Origin: Chlorobiota bacterium
GTDB taxonomy: Bacteria > Bacteroidota > Ignavibacteria > OLB7
Reading direction: 5' to 3'
Length of the DNA stretch: 64,000 nt
Assembly: GCA_021296135.1 (NCBI GenBank)
Contig: JAGWAZ010000002.1
Location: 1,060 to 65,059 of the forward strand
This document shows, piece after piece, positions 1 to 9,264 of this stretch. Numbering within the stretch: the stretch's first letter is position 1; each line of letters starts with the position of its first letter. Under the pieces are notes generated by a model. The model saw nothing but the letters and a program-made list of their open reading frames with translations, was not told the DNA's origin and did not search any database. Made by a program: the position numbers and the translations under genes.

Positions 1-2
1 AT

Positions 3-557
3 ATTGAACACCGTTCTTACGTGACAAATACCATCTTTTCAACTGTGGCATTTCTCGAAGCGGCGATCAACGAACTGTTCCAGGATGCCTATGAAGAACA
101 TCTTGCCTATATCGGAACGCTCGATCCCGCTGTGCGTGAGTCGATAGGGGAATTCTGGCGCATTATTGCGGAGCATAATGTTCGAGCACGCTCACGCTTC
201 GGAACAACTGAAAAATACGAGATTGCTCTTGCATTGACCCACAGCGAGCCGCTTGATCGGGAGGAAGAAGAGTATCAGGACGTACGTCTTGTGATTCGTA
301 TTCAGAACGCTTTGGTTCACTACAAACCGAGCAAACTGATGCAGATCGATAAATCAGGGTTCGATGAGTCTCTGCATGGTAAGTTCCCACTGAATTCGAT
401 AATGGCAAATACTGAAAACCCGTTTTTCCCCGACAAAGCACTTGGAGCCGGATGTGCTCGGTGGGCAATTGACTCCTGTCGTCAGTTTGCTGATGCGTTC
501 TTTCAGGCGATTGGTGTGAAACCGAATTATCAGGTGGCCGAGTTTGCTGAGAGATGA
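3..557 (+). CDS. Hypothetical helical protein, possibly HEPN-like (5'-truncated at window edge)
   Basis: The frame is open from position 3 (IEHRSYVTNTIF...), so the GTG at 21 is probably internal. Contains FLEAAINE and LVIRIQNALVHYKP, resembling the HEPN RNxxxH motif with Q in place of R. Confidence 0.6.
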   Translation: MEHRSYVTNTIFSTVAFLEAAINELFQDAYEEHLAYIGTLDPAVRESIGEFWRIIAEHNVRARSRFGTTEKYEIALALTHSEPLDREEEEYQDVRLVIRIQNALVHYKPSKLMQIDKSGFDESLHGKFPLNSIMANTENPFFPDKALGAGCARWAIDSCRQFADAFFQAIGVKPNYQVAEFAER

Positions 558-675
558 TTTTCTGGCAACAGATCGTGCCAAGGTTCTTCTATCTCCTTTG
601 AGCATAGCCTATGGTTTCTGAACACACTCTCTATCAATCCCCTTGAAGACTTCTGCGTATGTTCTTCTCTTTGCT

Positions 676-2172
676 ATGCGACAGCAACTGCGACAACTAT
701 CAGGAGACACGGCGATCTATGGTCTTACAACGATCATCCAGCGTTTTCTGTCTTTTCTTCTGACTCCATTCTATACCCATTTTCTTCTTCCAGCTGAACT
801 TGGCATCCAGGCTGATCTCTTCGTCATCATTGCGTTTCTTCTGATCCTGGCAAATGCCGGGATGGAGTCAGCCTATTTCAAGTATGATTCGGTCGCGAAG
901 AATGATGCCGAGCGACGAACAACCTTCTGGAACGCCCTTGGTATCAACTGGAGCGTTGCCGGAGCGCTTGGTATAGTGTTCATTCTCTTCCCCGACGCCC
1001 TCAATCAGATCACCTTCATGAATCTCCCCGAGAAGTATCACTACCTGATCCGTATAGCCGGGGTGATTATGACGCTCGATTCGATGAGCATGATCCCGCT
1101 CGGGTTACTCCGTATGCGCAGGCGAGCCTTCAAGTTCGGTGTCATCAAAATCATCACGATTCTTGTCAATGTCATCGTGAATGTCATTCTGGTTGGATTT
1201 CTTGACATGAAGCTGGAAGGAATCTTCATTGCAGGTATTCTCCAGTCGGCGGTGCAGTTTGCCTTGGTTATTCCGTTTGCTTTGTTGATGCGTCCTGTCG
1301 CATTCAATGGTGCGCTGCGTCGCCTGATGGTCCGTTTCGGTCTGCCAACCATCGGGGTTGGCCTGTCGATGGTAGCATTGCAGTTGATTGATCGACCGAT
1401 CATTCGCTCCATTGCTGGACATGAAGCCCTTGGGCTTTATCAGGCAAACTATCGTCTTGGCATTGTGATGATTGTTTTTGTCTCGATCTTCGAGTTTGCC
1501 TGGCGACCTTTCTTTCTTCAACAGGCATCGAAGGAGAACGCACAGAGGCTATATGCCAGAGTCTTTACATACTTCAATCTCATTGCTGGGATGATCCTTC
1601 TGGCCGTTGCATTCTTCATTCCTGATATTGCGGCCTTCCCGATACCATTCACAGACGCGACCTTTATCAACTCAATGTATTGGGAGGGATTGGGAATCGT
1701 ACCAATTATTCTTGGAGCCTATCTCTTCAATGGTTGGTACACAAACTTTATTGTCGGCGTCTACATTGAAAAGAGGACAAGTTCTCTTCTCTGGATTACA
1801 CTCGCAGGCGCAGCGATTGAAGCTCTCCTTTGTTTTGCTTTGGTGCCGGTTATCGGAATTTATGGCGGCGCCTGGGCAACATTCAGCGCCTATGCCCTGA
1901 TGGCCTTCGGGCTCTACTTCGACATCCGCCGATTCTATCCAATTCCCTACGAGTGGGGGAGAGTGTTACTGATTTTGCTTGGTGCCGGAGGATTGTTGGC
2001 TGCTAACCTGCTTCTGATCGACATCGGCGACCTCTCTGCGGAAGCATTCTTCCTGCGTCTGCTTCTTCTGGCCGGGATGCCCCTCTGGCTGTGGATCACT
2101 GGCTTTTTCACACGGTCAGAGAGAGCAGAAATGAAGCATCTGTTTGGGATGATGAAACAGGGGGGAAGATAA
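676..2172 (+). CDS. Oligosaccharide flippase (Wzx-like, MOP superfamily)
   Basis: Many TM segments; N-terminal LSGDTAIYGLTTIIQRFLSFLLTPFYT and IDR...LGLYQANYRLG are typical of polysaccharide-biosynthesis flippases. ATG 676 preferred over TTG 643. Confidence 0.85.
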   Translation: MRQQLRQLSGDTAIYGLTTIIQRFLSFLLTPFYTHFLLPAELGIQADLFVIIAFLLILANAGMESAYFKYDSVAKNDAERRTTFWNALGINWSVAGALGIVFILFPDALNQITFMNLPEKYHYLIRIAGVIMTLDSMSMIPLGLLRMRRRAFKFGVIKIITILVNVIVNVILVGFLDMKLEGIFIAGILQSAVQFALVIPFALLMRPVAFNGALRRLMVRFGLPTIGVGLSMVALQLIDRPIIRSIAGHEALGLYQANYRLGIVMIVFVSIFEFAWRPFFLQQASKENAQRLYARVFTYFNLIAGMILLAVAFFIPDIAAFPIPFTDATFINSMYWEGLGIVPIILGAYLFNGWYTNFIVGVYIEKRTSSLLWITLAGAAIEALLCFALVPVIGIYGGAWATFSAYALMAFGLYFDIRRFYPIPYEWGRVLLILLGAGGLLAANLLLIDIGDLSAEAFFLRLLLLAGMPLWLWITGFFTRSERAEMKHLFGMMKQGGR

Positions 2173-3047
2173 TGTTCTGGAAGCGTCGGAAGGTAGGGGT
2201 GAACGTTCAAGGGGCAGGAGTGCTGATTCTGATCACAGGCCTTATTGCCTTTGTAGCTTTTGCTCTTGCCCGATCGTTCGGATTTGCCTTTACCTCGCTG
2301 TGGGTTGGACCATTCTTCTACGGAGCGCTCTTACTTGGTACTCTCCTGACGGTCCCTCTTTTTGATCGAATGCCGGTCGATTGGGTCGGTTTAGGAGTTC
2401 ATCGCTGGGTTGGAAGAGAAATCGGATGGGGCATAGGGCTTGGCCTTGGTATGGCGACGTTCGCCTGGGTGCCGTCAGCCCTTTTGGGGACGGTTGAGTT
2501 CAGAGGAATTGAGCAGTCTTCAACGCTCCTCTATTGGTTTGTTTTCATTCTTATCGGTGCGACTGGGGAGGAACTTCTATTCCGAGGGTATCTTTTCCAG
2601 CGCGGGATTGAGGTGTTTGGCGTTCTGATTGCAACCCTCCTTTTTTCCGCTGGGTTTGCTTTGGCACATCTTGGTAATCCAGAGCTTTCGTGGCTTTCAC
2701 TTATTAATACCTTCATCGCCGGAATATTCTTCTCTGCCTGCTATCTGGTAACAGAGGGGTTATGGTTGCCAATTGCTGCTCACGTTGCCTGGAACTGTAT
2801 GCTATCTCTCGTGCTTGGCCTGCCAACAAGTGGCTTGATCTTCGAAGAGTCCTTGTTCCGTACAGGAGTTGAGGACCATTGTTTCCTGACCGGCGGTTCG
2901 TTTGGCCCCGAAGGTGGGATCGGAGCGACAGTTGCGTTGCTTCTGGGTGGAGCGATTCTCTATATTATTCCTGGTATCAGGATTGCTCCCTGGAGTTATG
3001 CACGTTCCTTCTGGGCGATATACAGGCAAAGGGGGGGAGAACATTAG
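2172..3047 (+). CDS. CPBP-family intramembrane glutamic endopeptidase (CAAX protease II-like)
   Basis: EELLFRG, FALAH and HVAWN motifs plus a GGSFGPEGG tail. ATG 2172 overlaps the flippase stop (TAATG). Confidence 0.9.
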   Translation: MFWKRRKVGVNVQGAGVLILITGLIAFVAFALARSFGFAFTSLWVGPFFYGALLLGTLLTVPLFDRMPVDWVGLGVHRWVGREIGWGIGLGLGMATFAWVPSALLGTVEFRGIEQSSTLLYWFVFILIGATGEELLFRGYLFQRGIEVFGVLIATLLFSAGFALAHLGNPELSWLSLINTFIAGIFFSACYLVTEGLWLPIAAHVAWNCMLSLVLGLPTSGLIFEESLFRTGVEDHCFLTGGSFGPEGGIGATVALLLGGAILYIIPGIRIAPWSYARSFWAIYRQRGGEH

Positions 3048-3186
3048 CGTGGTAGCCTCACATCCTGCAAGAAGTTTGGCATATCATGGTGAGCAAACCA
3101 TTTGAGGGGATATTGGTCTACGCCAACGCCTTTACAGATAAATAAAATGGAGAGATGTACCCTGGCTCAACTAACAGGAGAAACCG

Positions 3187-4395
3187 ATGAAAAGAACGTA
3201 CAGCGCGGCGATTACAGCCATTTTCGCACTTGTGATGTTATTTGGTCTTGGTCTTCCGCATTCGACACAAGCCCAGTGGATTCTGCTTGAAGATACTGCC
3301 CATCGTATGGTTCAGGAAGGGCTTGATGAGATGTACAATCTGAACCACAGCAAGGCCAACAAGATTTTTACATCGTTGTCAAAAATGATACCGGGGCATC
3401 CTGCTGGACCTTTCCTTCTTGGATTGAACGATTGGTGGCGTATCAAACCGAATATTGCGGACAAGGCCGCAGTCGACAAGTACTCGAAATCGTTCAATGC
3501 CCATATGAACAGGTCGATTGTTATTTGCGATTCGTTGCTCAAAGAAAATCCGTTTGACATTGCCGGACTCTTCTTCAAGGGAGCCGCCTATGGCTATCGG
3601 GCGCGACTGAAATCTTCTGATTTACGAGCGAAGTCAGTGACAACATGGGTGGGGGTGTTGAAGGATGCCCATGAGGGACGGAAGATGCTTCTGGAGTGTC
3701 AGCGTTTGGCCCCAGGCAATAGCGACGTACTTCTCGGTTCAGGACTGATACTCTACTGGTCAGAAGAGATCTTGAACAAGGTTCCAGGCTTAAAGACGTT
3801 GACATTGCCACCGGGTGACAAGCAGATCGGAATTCAGATGATCCGTATATCAGCTACAAAAGCTCTCTACACAAAAGTAGAAGCGAAGTATGCGTTGCTT
3901 GAGATTATGGCTAACAACGAGAAGGACTGGGCACAAGCCCTGAACCTTTCCAAGGAGCTCTATTCGAAGTACCCGAACAATCCGGACTTTCACAAGTATT
4001 ATGCTCGTGCCCTCTATTACAGAGGAAAGTTTCAGGAGTCGGATAACAAATGGCGAAAGTTGATGAAGCGTGTCAAGGCGCGTCAGTTTGGATATGAGCT
4101 TTCGTTTGTCAGGCAGGGATTATACTACCTGGGTGATATTCAGTTGCGGAAAGCAAATCCTGATCCAGCCGAGGCGGTGAGAATCCTGAAGGAGGCAATC
4201 AAAGTGAACAAGCGGTTGGATGAGGAAGATTCCGGTTACTATGTTGCTGCAATTCTTCGCCTTGGAAACGCGTATGACAAGCTTGGAAAACGGGCCGAGG
4301 CAGAGAGACAATACAAGAAAGTACTTTCGCTTGATGATGTCAATAATCAATATCATAGCAAAGCACGAGAGTTCCTGGAAAAACCATATAGTTAA
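3187..4395 (+). CDS. Exported tetratricopeptide-repeat protein
   Basis: Signal peptide ending TQA-Q; TPR-like helices (LRLGNAYDKLGKRAEAERQYKKVL); AGGAG RBS upstream. Confidence 0.8.
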   Translation: MKRTYSAAITAIFALVMLFGLGLPHSTQAQWILLEDTAHRMVQEGLDEMYNLNHSKANKIFTSLSKMIPGHPAGPFLLGLNDWWRIKPNIADKAAVDKYSKSFNAHMNRSIVICDSLLKENPFDIAGLFFKGAAYGYRARLKSSDLRAKSVTTWVGVLKDAHEGRKMLLECQRLAPGNSDVLLGSGLILYWSEEILNKVPGLKTLTLPPGDKQIGIQMIRISATKALYTKVEAKYALLEIMANNEKDWAQALNLSKELYSKYPNNPDFHKYYARALYYRGKFQESDNKWRKLMKRVKARQFGYELSFVRQGLYYLGDIQLRKANPDPAEAVRILKEAIKVNKRLDEEDSGYYVAAILRLGNAYDKLGKRAEAERQYKKVLSLDDVNNQYHSKAREFLEKPYS

Positions 4396-4515
4396 TCATA
4401 GTCGCTGGTTTCGGTGGTTCAATGTTGAACGGTTGGCCAATGTAACCGGCAATAGATCCAGGGCTCTCGGGATTTTTCCCAATGATGAATTGATCTTCAG
4501 AGGAATTATAGAGTA

Positions 4516-4563
4516 GCAAAGAGAAGCCCTGCCGAAATCAAATTCGGGAGGGCTTCTCTTTGC
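4516..4563. terminator. Bidirectional intrinsic terminator
   Basis: GCAAAGAGAAGCCCT...AGGGCTTCTCTTTGC inverted repeat between convergent genes. Confidence 0.8.
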
Positions 4564-4608
4564 AGATTCAAATCTTATGCAAGGGAATCAACTCCATCAT
4601 CCCTCGAC

Positions 4609-5082
4609 TCACAATCCAGCCTGGCTGGTTGCGTTCTCATTCCACTCGAGCCATCCGCCACGAAAGACCATGACGTTTGTATAGCCATCCTTCAGAACCT
4701 TGCGTGCAGCACGCGGAGCGGCTGAGCATCGCGGTCCACCACAATAGAAGACCATAGCGACATCTTTATCCTCAGGGAGAGTAAAGTGTGAGAAGAGAAC
4801 CGCTCCCTCGATGTGTCCTTTGTTGTAGGACTCTTCGCCACGAGCATCGATAACGTACACGTTTTCTTCCATCAGTTGGAGTAGCTGATCGTACGTAATT
4901 GAGGAGAACTGGATTTCCTCGCTCTTCTCTTCAGATTTCTTTTGCTTACTGCCTTTACATTTCTTCGCGCATTTGCTTGCAGATTTCTTGCTTGAGCAGC
5001 TTCCACCTGCTTGAGCTTGGAGCGCCTCAGCACTGAAAAACAACGCAAATGCGGCCGCGAATGGGATCAATCGTTTAATCAT
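4609..5082 (-). CDS. Exported rhodanese-like domain protein
   Basis: Signal peptide; VIDAR, GHIEGA, active-site loop YCGGPRC, FRGGWLEW. Confidence 0.88.
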   Translation of the reverse strand: MIKRLIPFAAAFALFFSAEALQAQAGGSCSSKKSASKCAKKCKGSKQKKSEEKSEEIQFSSITYDQLLQLMEENVYVIDARGEESYNKGHIEGAVLFSHFTLPEDKDVAMVFYCGGPRCSAAPRAARKVLKDGYTNVMVFRGGWLEWNENATSQAGL

Positions 5083-5211
5083 GGTAAACCCTCATTATGT
5101 TATGATGAAAAAAAACGGTGTTTTTCTGATAAATTCTAGACGGTAACCTGACTTTCAGATTGTCTGAAATTTTACTTGATTGACGTTATAACCGGATAAT
5201 TGTTCCGTCGG

Positions 5212-5595
5212 TCAGGATTCAATCGATGTGTGGAGTGCAATTTCCTCAAGGACCGAACTGACGCGAAGGCAGCGATCAAGCTCTCCCTCAAAGACAGAAG
5301 CAAGGCCACGAGAGTCGACTTCCATGGCAATCTGCTCAGCTTCAGATGGAGGACAATCAATTGCTTTCATCAATTGGTGAATCACTTCATCGAACGTGTG
5401 GATTTCATCGTTGTAGAGGATCACTTTGGCTGGAAAGCCAATTAAAGTATCCTCAGCAACCATTACATCTTTATCAGGAGATTCGATGATAGTAGAACCG
5501 GGCAACACTGCAGTTTTGGCAGGTGAGTTTGCCTCAGCAATTGTGCCGAAAAAACCTCTCAGTCGGCTTAATTGTTTTCTAAGTCTATCAAACAT
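5212..5595 (-). CDS. clpS: ATP-dependent Clp protease adaptor ClpS
   Basis: KVILYNDEIHTFDEVIHQL...AEQIAMEVDSRG is the ClpS core. Confidence 0.9.
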   Translation of the reverse strand: MFDRLRKQLSRLRGFFGTIAEANSPAKTAVLPGSTIIESPDKDVMVAEDTLIGFPAKVILYNDEIHTFDEVIHQLMKAIDCPPSEAEQIAMEVDSRGLASVFEGELDRCLRVSSVLEEIALHTSIES

Positions 5596-5659
5596 GTTTA
5601 TAAAATACTTTCTGTAGATGGATGAAACAAGAGCGAGGCCTACAAGGTTTCCATAGATG

Positions 5660-7018
5660 CTATGGAGCTACAAATTTATAAACAACGCTATTTTTTTCAT
5701 CGCTGACAAAAAATGTCTTACCCTCCTTACTCCAGGTAATTCCGACTGGCCGACCCCAGAAATCTCCCTTTTCATCAATCCATCCACTGATAAAATCTGC
5801 TTGATATGGGTCTGTTCCATCGTTGTTGCTCCGAACTCTAACAACCTTGAATCCCGTGCGTAGTTCGTTAGGACGACTGACAGCACTGATCACGTAGCCT
5901 TTATAGACGATAATCATTGCATTCTTCCATTCAGGGCCGAGAGCATCGTTCGTATAAAAGCGCATATCGGTTGGAAGAGAGTATGGTTGTAGCTCAATAA
6001 CAGGGGCCTTTGGATTTTCCGGTAGCCTGGGGTCGGTATCCTTGTAATCGCTGAATTTCGGGTTTCGATAATTCTGCGAGTAGTAATAGGGATGTCCGTA
6101 GTATTGGGCCGAATGTTCTCCTGTAAGAATATTGACTTCTTCGGGTGCTAATTGTTCTGCGAGGTCGTCCATTCCTTGATCAATACCCCACACATCTCCT
6201 GTTACCGGATGGATGTCCATACCCATCGTATTGCGAAGACCTACTTTGAACAGACGTTTCGGGCGCTCACCTTCTTTCTTCATACGCAGGATGATTGCAT
6301 GATCTCTGTCCCGTTCCTCACCATTGGCATTGGTTGCACCAACACTGATATAGAAACTATTGTCGGAAGGGCGATAGCGAATCGTCCGTGTGTAGAAGTC
6401 TCCTCCCTTTTTAATTCCATCGGTTAACTGTGTGCTTGTTCCTTCGATTGAGGTTGGAGAGGAAAAGTCAAAACGGTAAACGTGAGTCTCGTCGGTATAG
6501 TAAAGCGAACCGTCAACAAACTCCATTCCGTGGGGAGTTGCCAGACCATCAGCTATAATGGTTGGTGAACCCCCTTTAGGGATGGCAAGTATCCTTCCTC
6601 CTTCAATATCACTCACGAAAAGGGTGCCATCATCACGTAAGACAAGGCCACTTGGTTTACCGAGATTCCAGGCGTAGACTTCAGCGCTGAAGCCCGAAGG
6701 GAGATAAAGCTTTCGAGGCTGCTTTAAGGCTGCAACCTCCAGGCCTGCTGCATCGGGCACCTGAACGAGGACCGAATCCATACTCGGCAGAAACTCAACG
6801 GTTGCGAGTTTTATGACACCGTTCTCTTTGTAGTCGGCATAGTCAATCCAGGATCTCAGCTCACCCGAAAGAGTGAGCGTGTCACGTTGAAGAGCTTGTG
6901 GCTTCTTCTGATTGTAGAAGATCGATGTGAATCTACTACAGGAGATTGTGGTCAGTGAGACCGTTGAGAGCAGAATGATAAATGAGAATCGTGCAGTGCG
7001 TGAAGATTGGTCAACCAT
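5660..7018 (-). CDS. Glucose/sorbosone dehydrogenase-like beta-propeller lipoprotein
   Basis: LPSGFSAEVYA, GLRNTMG, PEEVN, YGHPY, GRPVGI motifs; lipobox TISC. ATG 7018 preferred over TTG 7114. Confidence 0.82.
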   Translation of the reverse strand: MVDQSSRTARFSFIILLSTVSLTTISCSRFTSIFYNQKKPQALQRDTLTLSGELRSWIDYADYKENGVIKLATVEFLPSMDSVLVQVPDAAGLEVAALKQPRKLYLPSGFSAEVYAWNLGKPSGLVLRDDGTLFVSDIEGGRILAIPKGGSPTIIADGLATPHGMEFVDGSLYYTDETHVYRFDFSSPTSIEGTSTQLTDGIKKGGDFYTRTIRYRPSDNSFYISVGATNANGEERDRDHAIILRMKKEGERPKRLFKVGLRNTMGMDIHPVTGDVWGIDQGMDDLAEQLAPEEVNILTGEHSAQYYGHPYYYSQNYRNPKFSDYKDTDPRLPENPKAPVIELQPYSLPTDMRFYTNDALGPEWKNAMIIVYKGYVISAVSRPNELRTGFKVVRVRSNNDGTDPYQADFISGWIDEKGDFWGRPVGITWSKEGKTFFVSDEKNSVVYKFVAP

Positions 7019-7151
7019 AACCTTCCTTGTGAGTTTGTCCTCGATACTATAATCCCGGACAAATCTACTGATTTTGATTGAACAGATACACAGCCGTACT
7101 TTCCAGCTTTCCAAGATGAGAATTGAGACTCACAAACGTTAAAAGAAACGA

Positions 7152-8825
7152 ATGAATGGTGAAACTGCCACGCGGTTGGTCCGTGCTCCAAGGGGAACCA
7201 CATTGACCTGCAAGAACTGGCAAATCGAGGCAGCCTATCGTATGATTCAGCACAACCTTGATCCCGAGGTTGCCGAAAAGCCTGATGAATTGATCGTCTA
7301 TGGAGGCTACGGGAAAGCAGCTCGAAACTGGGAAGCATTTGATGCGATTCTTGCGGCCCTCGAACGACTTGAGCCTGACGAGACTCTCCTCGTTCAATCT
7401 GGCAAACCGGTCGGGGTTGTTCCCACAGACTCTAATGCTCCTCGTGTTCTGATCGCTAACAGCAACCTTGTGCCCAAGTGGGCAACCTGGGAGGAGTTTC
7501 GGAAACTTGACGAAGCAGGGCTGATGATGTACGGACAGATGACCGCAGGGAGTTGGATCTATATCGGAACGCAGGGGATTTTGCAGGGGACATATGAGAC
7601 CTTTGCTGCCTGTGCAAAAGAACATTTTGGAAGTACCCTTGCGGGAAGGCTGGTAGTTACCGCTGGCCTTGGTGGGATGGGTGGAGCACAGCCGCTGGCT
7701 GTTGCTATGAATTCCGGTGCAGCTCTCTGCATCGAAGTTGATGAAAGCCGTATCGACAAACGGATTCATGACCGGTATTGTGACCGTAAAACCAGTGATC
7801 TCGATGAGGCTCTTGAGTGGCTGAATGAGGCGCGTGCAAACGGCAAGGGGCTTTCGGTTGGATTGCTCGGTAATGCTGCGGAGGTCTTGCCAGAGCTTGT
7901 TCGCAAAGGCATCACGCCAGACGTTGTGACCGATCAGACTTCAGCCCATGATCCCCTCCATGGATATTATCCGGCTGGCTTGACTAAAGAGGAAGGGGAC
8001 GCTTTGCGACAGAGTGATTCCGATCAATATTTGCGCAGGGCAGGAGAATCAATCCTTGCCCATGTTGAGGCGATGGTTGCGATGAAGGATAGTGGTGCCG
8101 TTGCCTTTGACTATGGGAACAACATTCGGGCTGAAGCTGAGAAGGCGGGTTTCACTCGCGCTTTTGAAATTCCGGGATTTGTTCCGGAGTATATCCGACC
8201 TCTCTTTTGTGATGGAAAGGGACCATTTCGTTGGGTTGCTCTTTCCGGCGATCCTGAGGATATCTATGCAACCGATCGTGCTATCATGGAGCTTTTTCCC
8301 CATGATGAACCACTTTATCGATGGTTAACGATGGCAGCCGAGCGGATTGCATGGCAGGGATTGCCGTCACGTATCTGCTGGTTGGGTTACGGAGATCGTG
8401 CCAAAGCCGGGCGACTCTTTAACGATATGGTAAAGGATGGTCGAGTCTCTGCACCGATTGTGATCGGTCGTGATCACCTCGATTGCGGCTCGGTCGCCAG
8501 TCCGAACCGTGAGACTGAGGGGATGAAGGATGGATCGGATGCTGTCAGCGATTGGCCAATGCTGAACTTTGCTCTTAACGCAATTGGGGGGGCTACCTGG
8601 GTCTCATTCCATCATGGTGGTGGAGTTGGAATCGGATACTCGCAACATGCTGGGATGGTTGTTGTTGCTGACGGAACTGACGAAGCGGCTGCTCGTCTTG
8701 AGCGCGTTCTTACCTACGACCCTGCAATGGGAATCTTCCGTCATGCCGATGCAGGATATGACAGGGCAATTGACAACGCACAGAAGTTTAAAGTGGACGT
8801 ACCAATGTTGAAGGGGAAAGAGTGA
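7152..8825 (+). CDS. hutU: Urocanate hydratase
   Basis: [58 protein letters not shown]. Confidence 0.98.
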   Translation: MNGETATRLVRAPRGTTLTCKNWQIEAAYRMIQHNLDPEVAEKPDELIVYGGYGKAARNWEAFDAILAALERLEPDETLLVQSGKPVGVVPTDSNAPRVLIANSNLVPKWATWEEFRKLDEAGLMMYGQMTAGSWIYIGTQGILQGTYETFAACAKEHFGSTLAGRLVVTAGLGGMGGAQPLAVAMNSGAALCIEVDESRIDKRIHDRYCDRKTSDLDEALEWLNEARANGKGLSVGLLGNAAEVLPELVRKGITPDVVTDQTSAHDPLHGYYPAGLTKEEGDALRQSDSDQYLRRAGESILAHVEAMVAMKDSGAVAFDYGNNIRAEAEKAGFTRAFEIPGFVPEYIRPLFCDGKGPFRWVALSGDPEDIYATDRAIMELFPHDEPLYRWLTMAAERIAWQGLPSRICWLGYGDRAKAGRLFNDMVKDGRVSAPIVIGRDHLDCGSVASPNRETEGMKDGSDAVSDWPMLNFALNAIGGATWVSFHHGGGVGIGYSQHAGMVVVADGTDEAAARLERVLTYDPAMGIFRHADAGYDRAIDNAQKFKVDVPMLKGKE

Positions 8826-9264
8826 GGATGACAAAATCCCTATGCGCTGTCTGAAGAACGAAGGAAGAGCAGAGAATACCTGATTGACTCGAAAGATGCA
8901 GTCATGGATCTTCTGGAGATGGAGTCGATGCTCGATCTGTTCAGCAAAGCTGACAGCCTTGCAGGATATTTCGCCAATTAGCGGGTATCTCTTCTTTCTC
9001 GTTATTATCTCTGGGTTTGTAATACGAAGTCAGCAGTTGATTGAGGAGCTTGGAAGAGAAGCGCGTGCTGAAAATGGTGACTGGGTGCTAATTCATCGTG
9101 ACAGACCAATAGAAGTTTCGAAAGCCTGAACAGAAAAGTGAAAAATTTTCTGTTCGGCCTTATCCTGTTCCTTATCTTTCAATTTGACAAGATCAGGACT
9201 CTTTGTCCGATGTCTTGTCTTTATTCTTAAAGACAAAACCACCATTTACTTTACAAACGGGCGT

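Noticed and set aside
2172-3047. CPBP ('Abi') protease as a phage-defence gene
   Set aside because: The Abi label of this family is historical, and the context is envelope housekeeping with no defence partners.
7065-7769. 234-aa minus-strand ORF
   Set aside because: Antisense shadow of the highly conserved hutU.
8884-9129. 81-aa ORF between hutU and the methyltransferase
   Set aside because: TTG start and no recognisable motif; I cannot support it as a gene.
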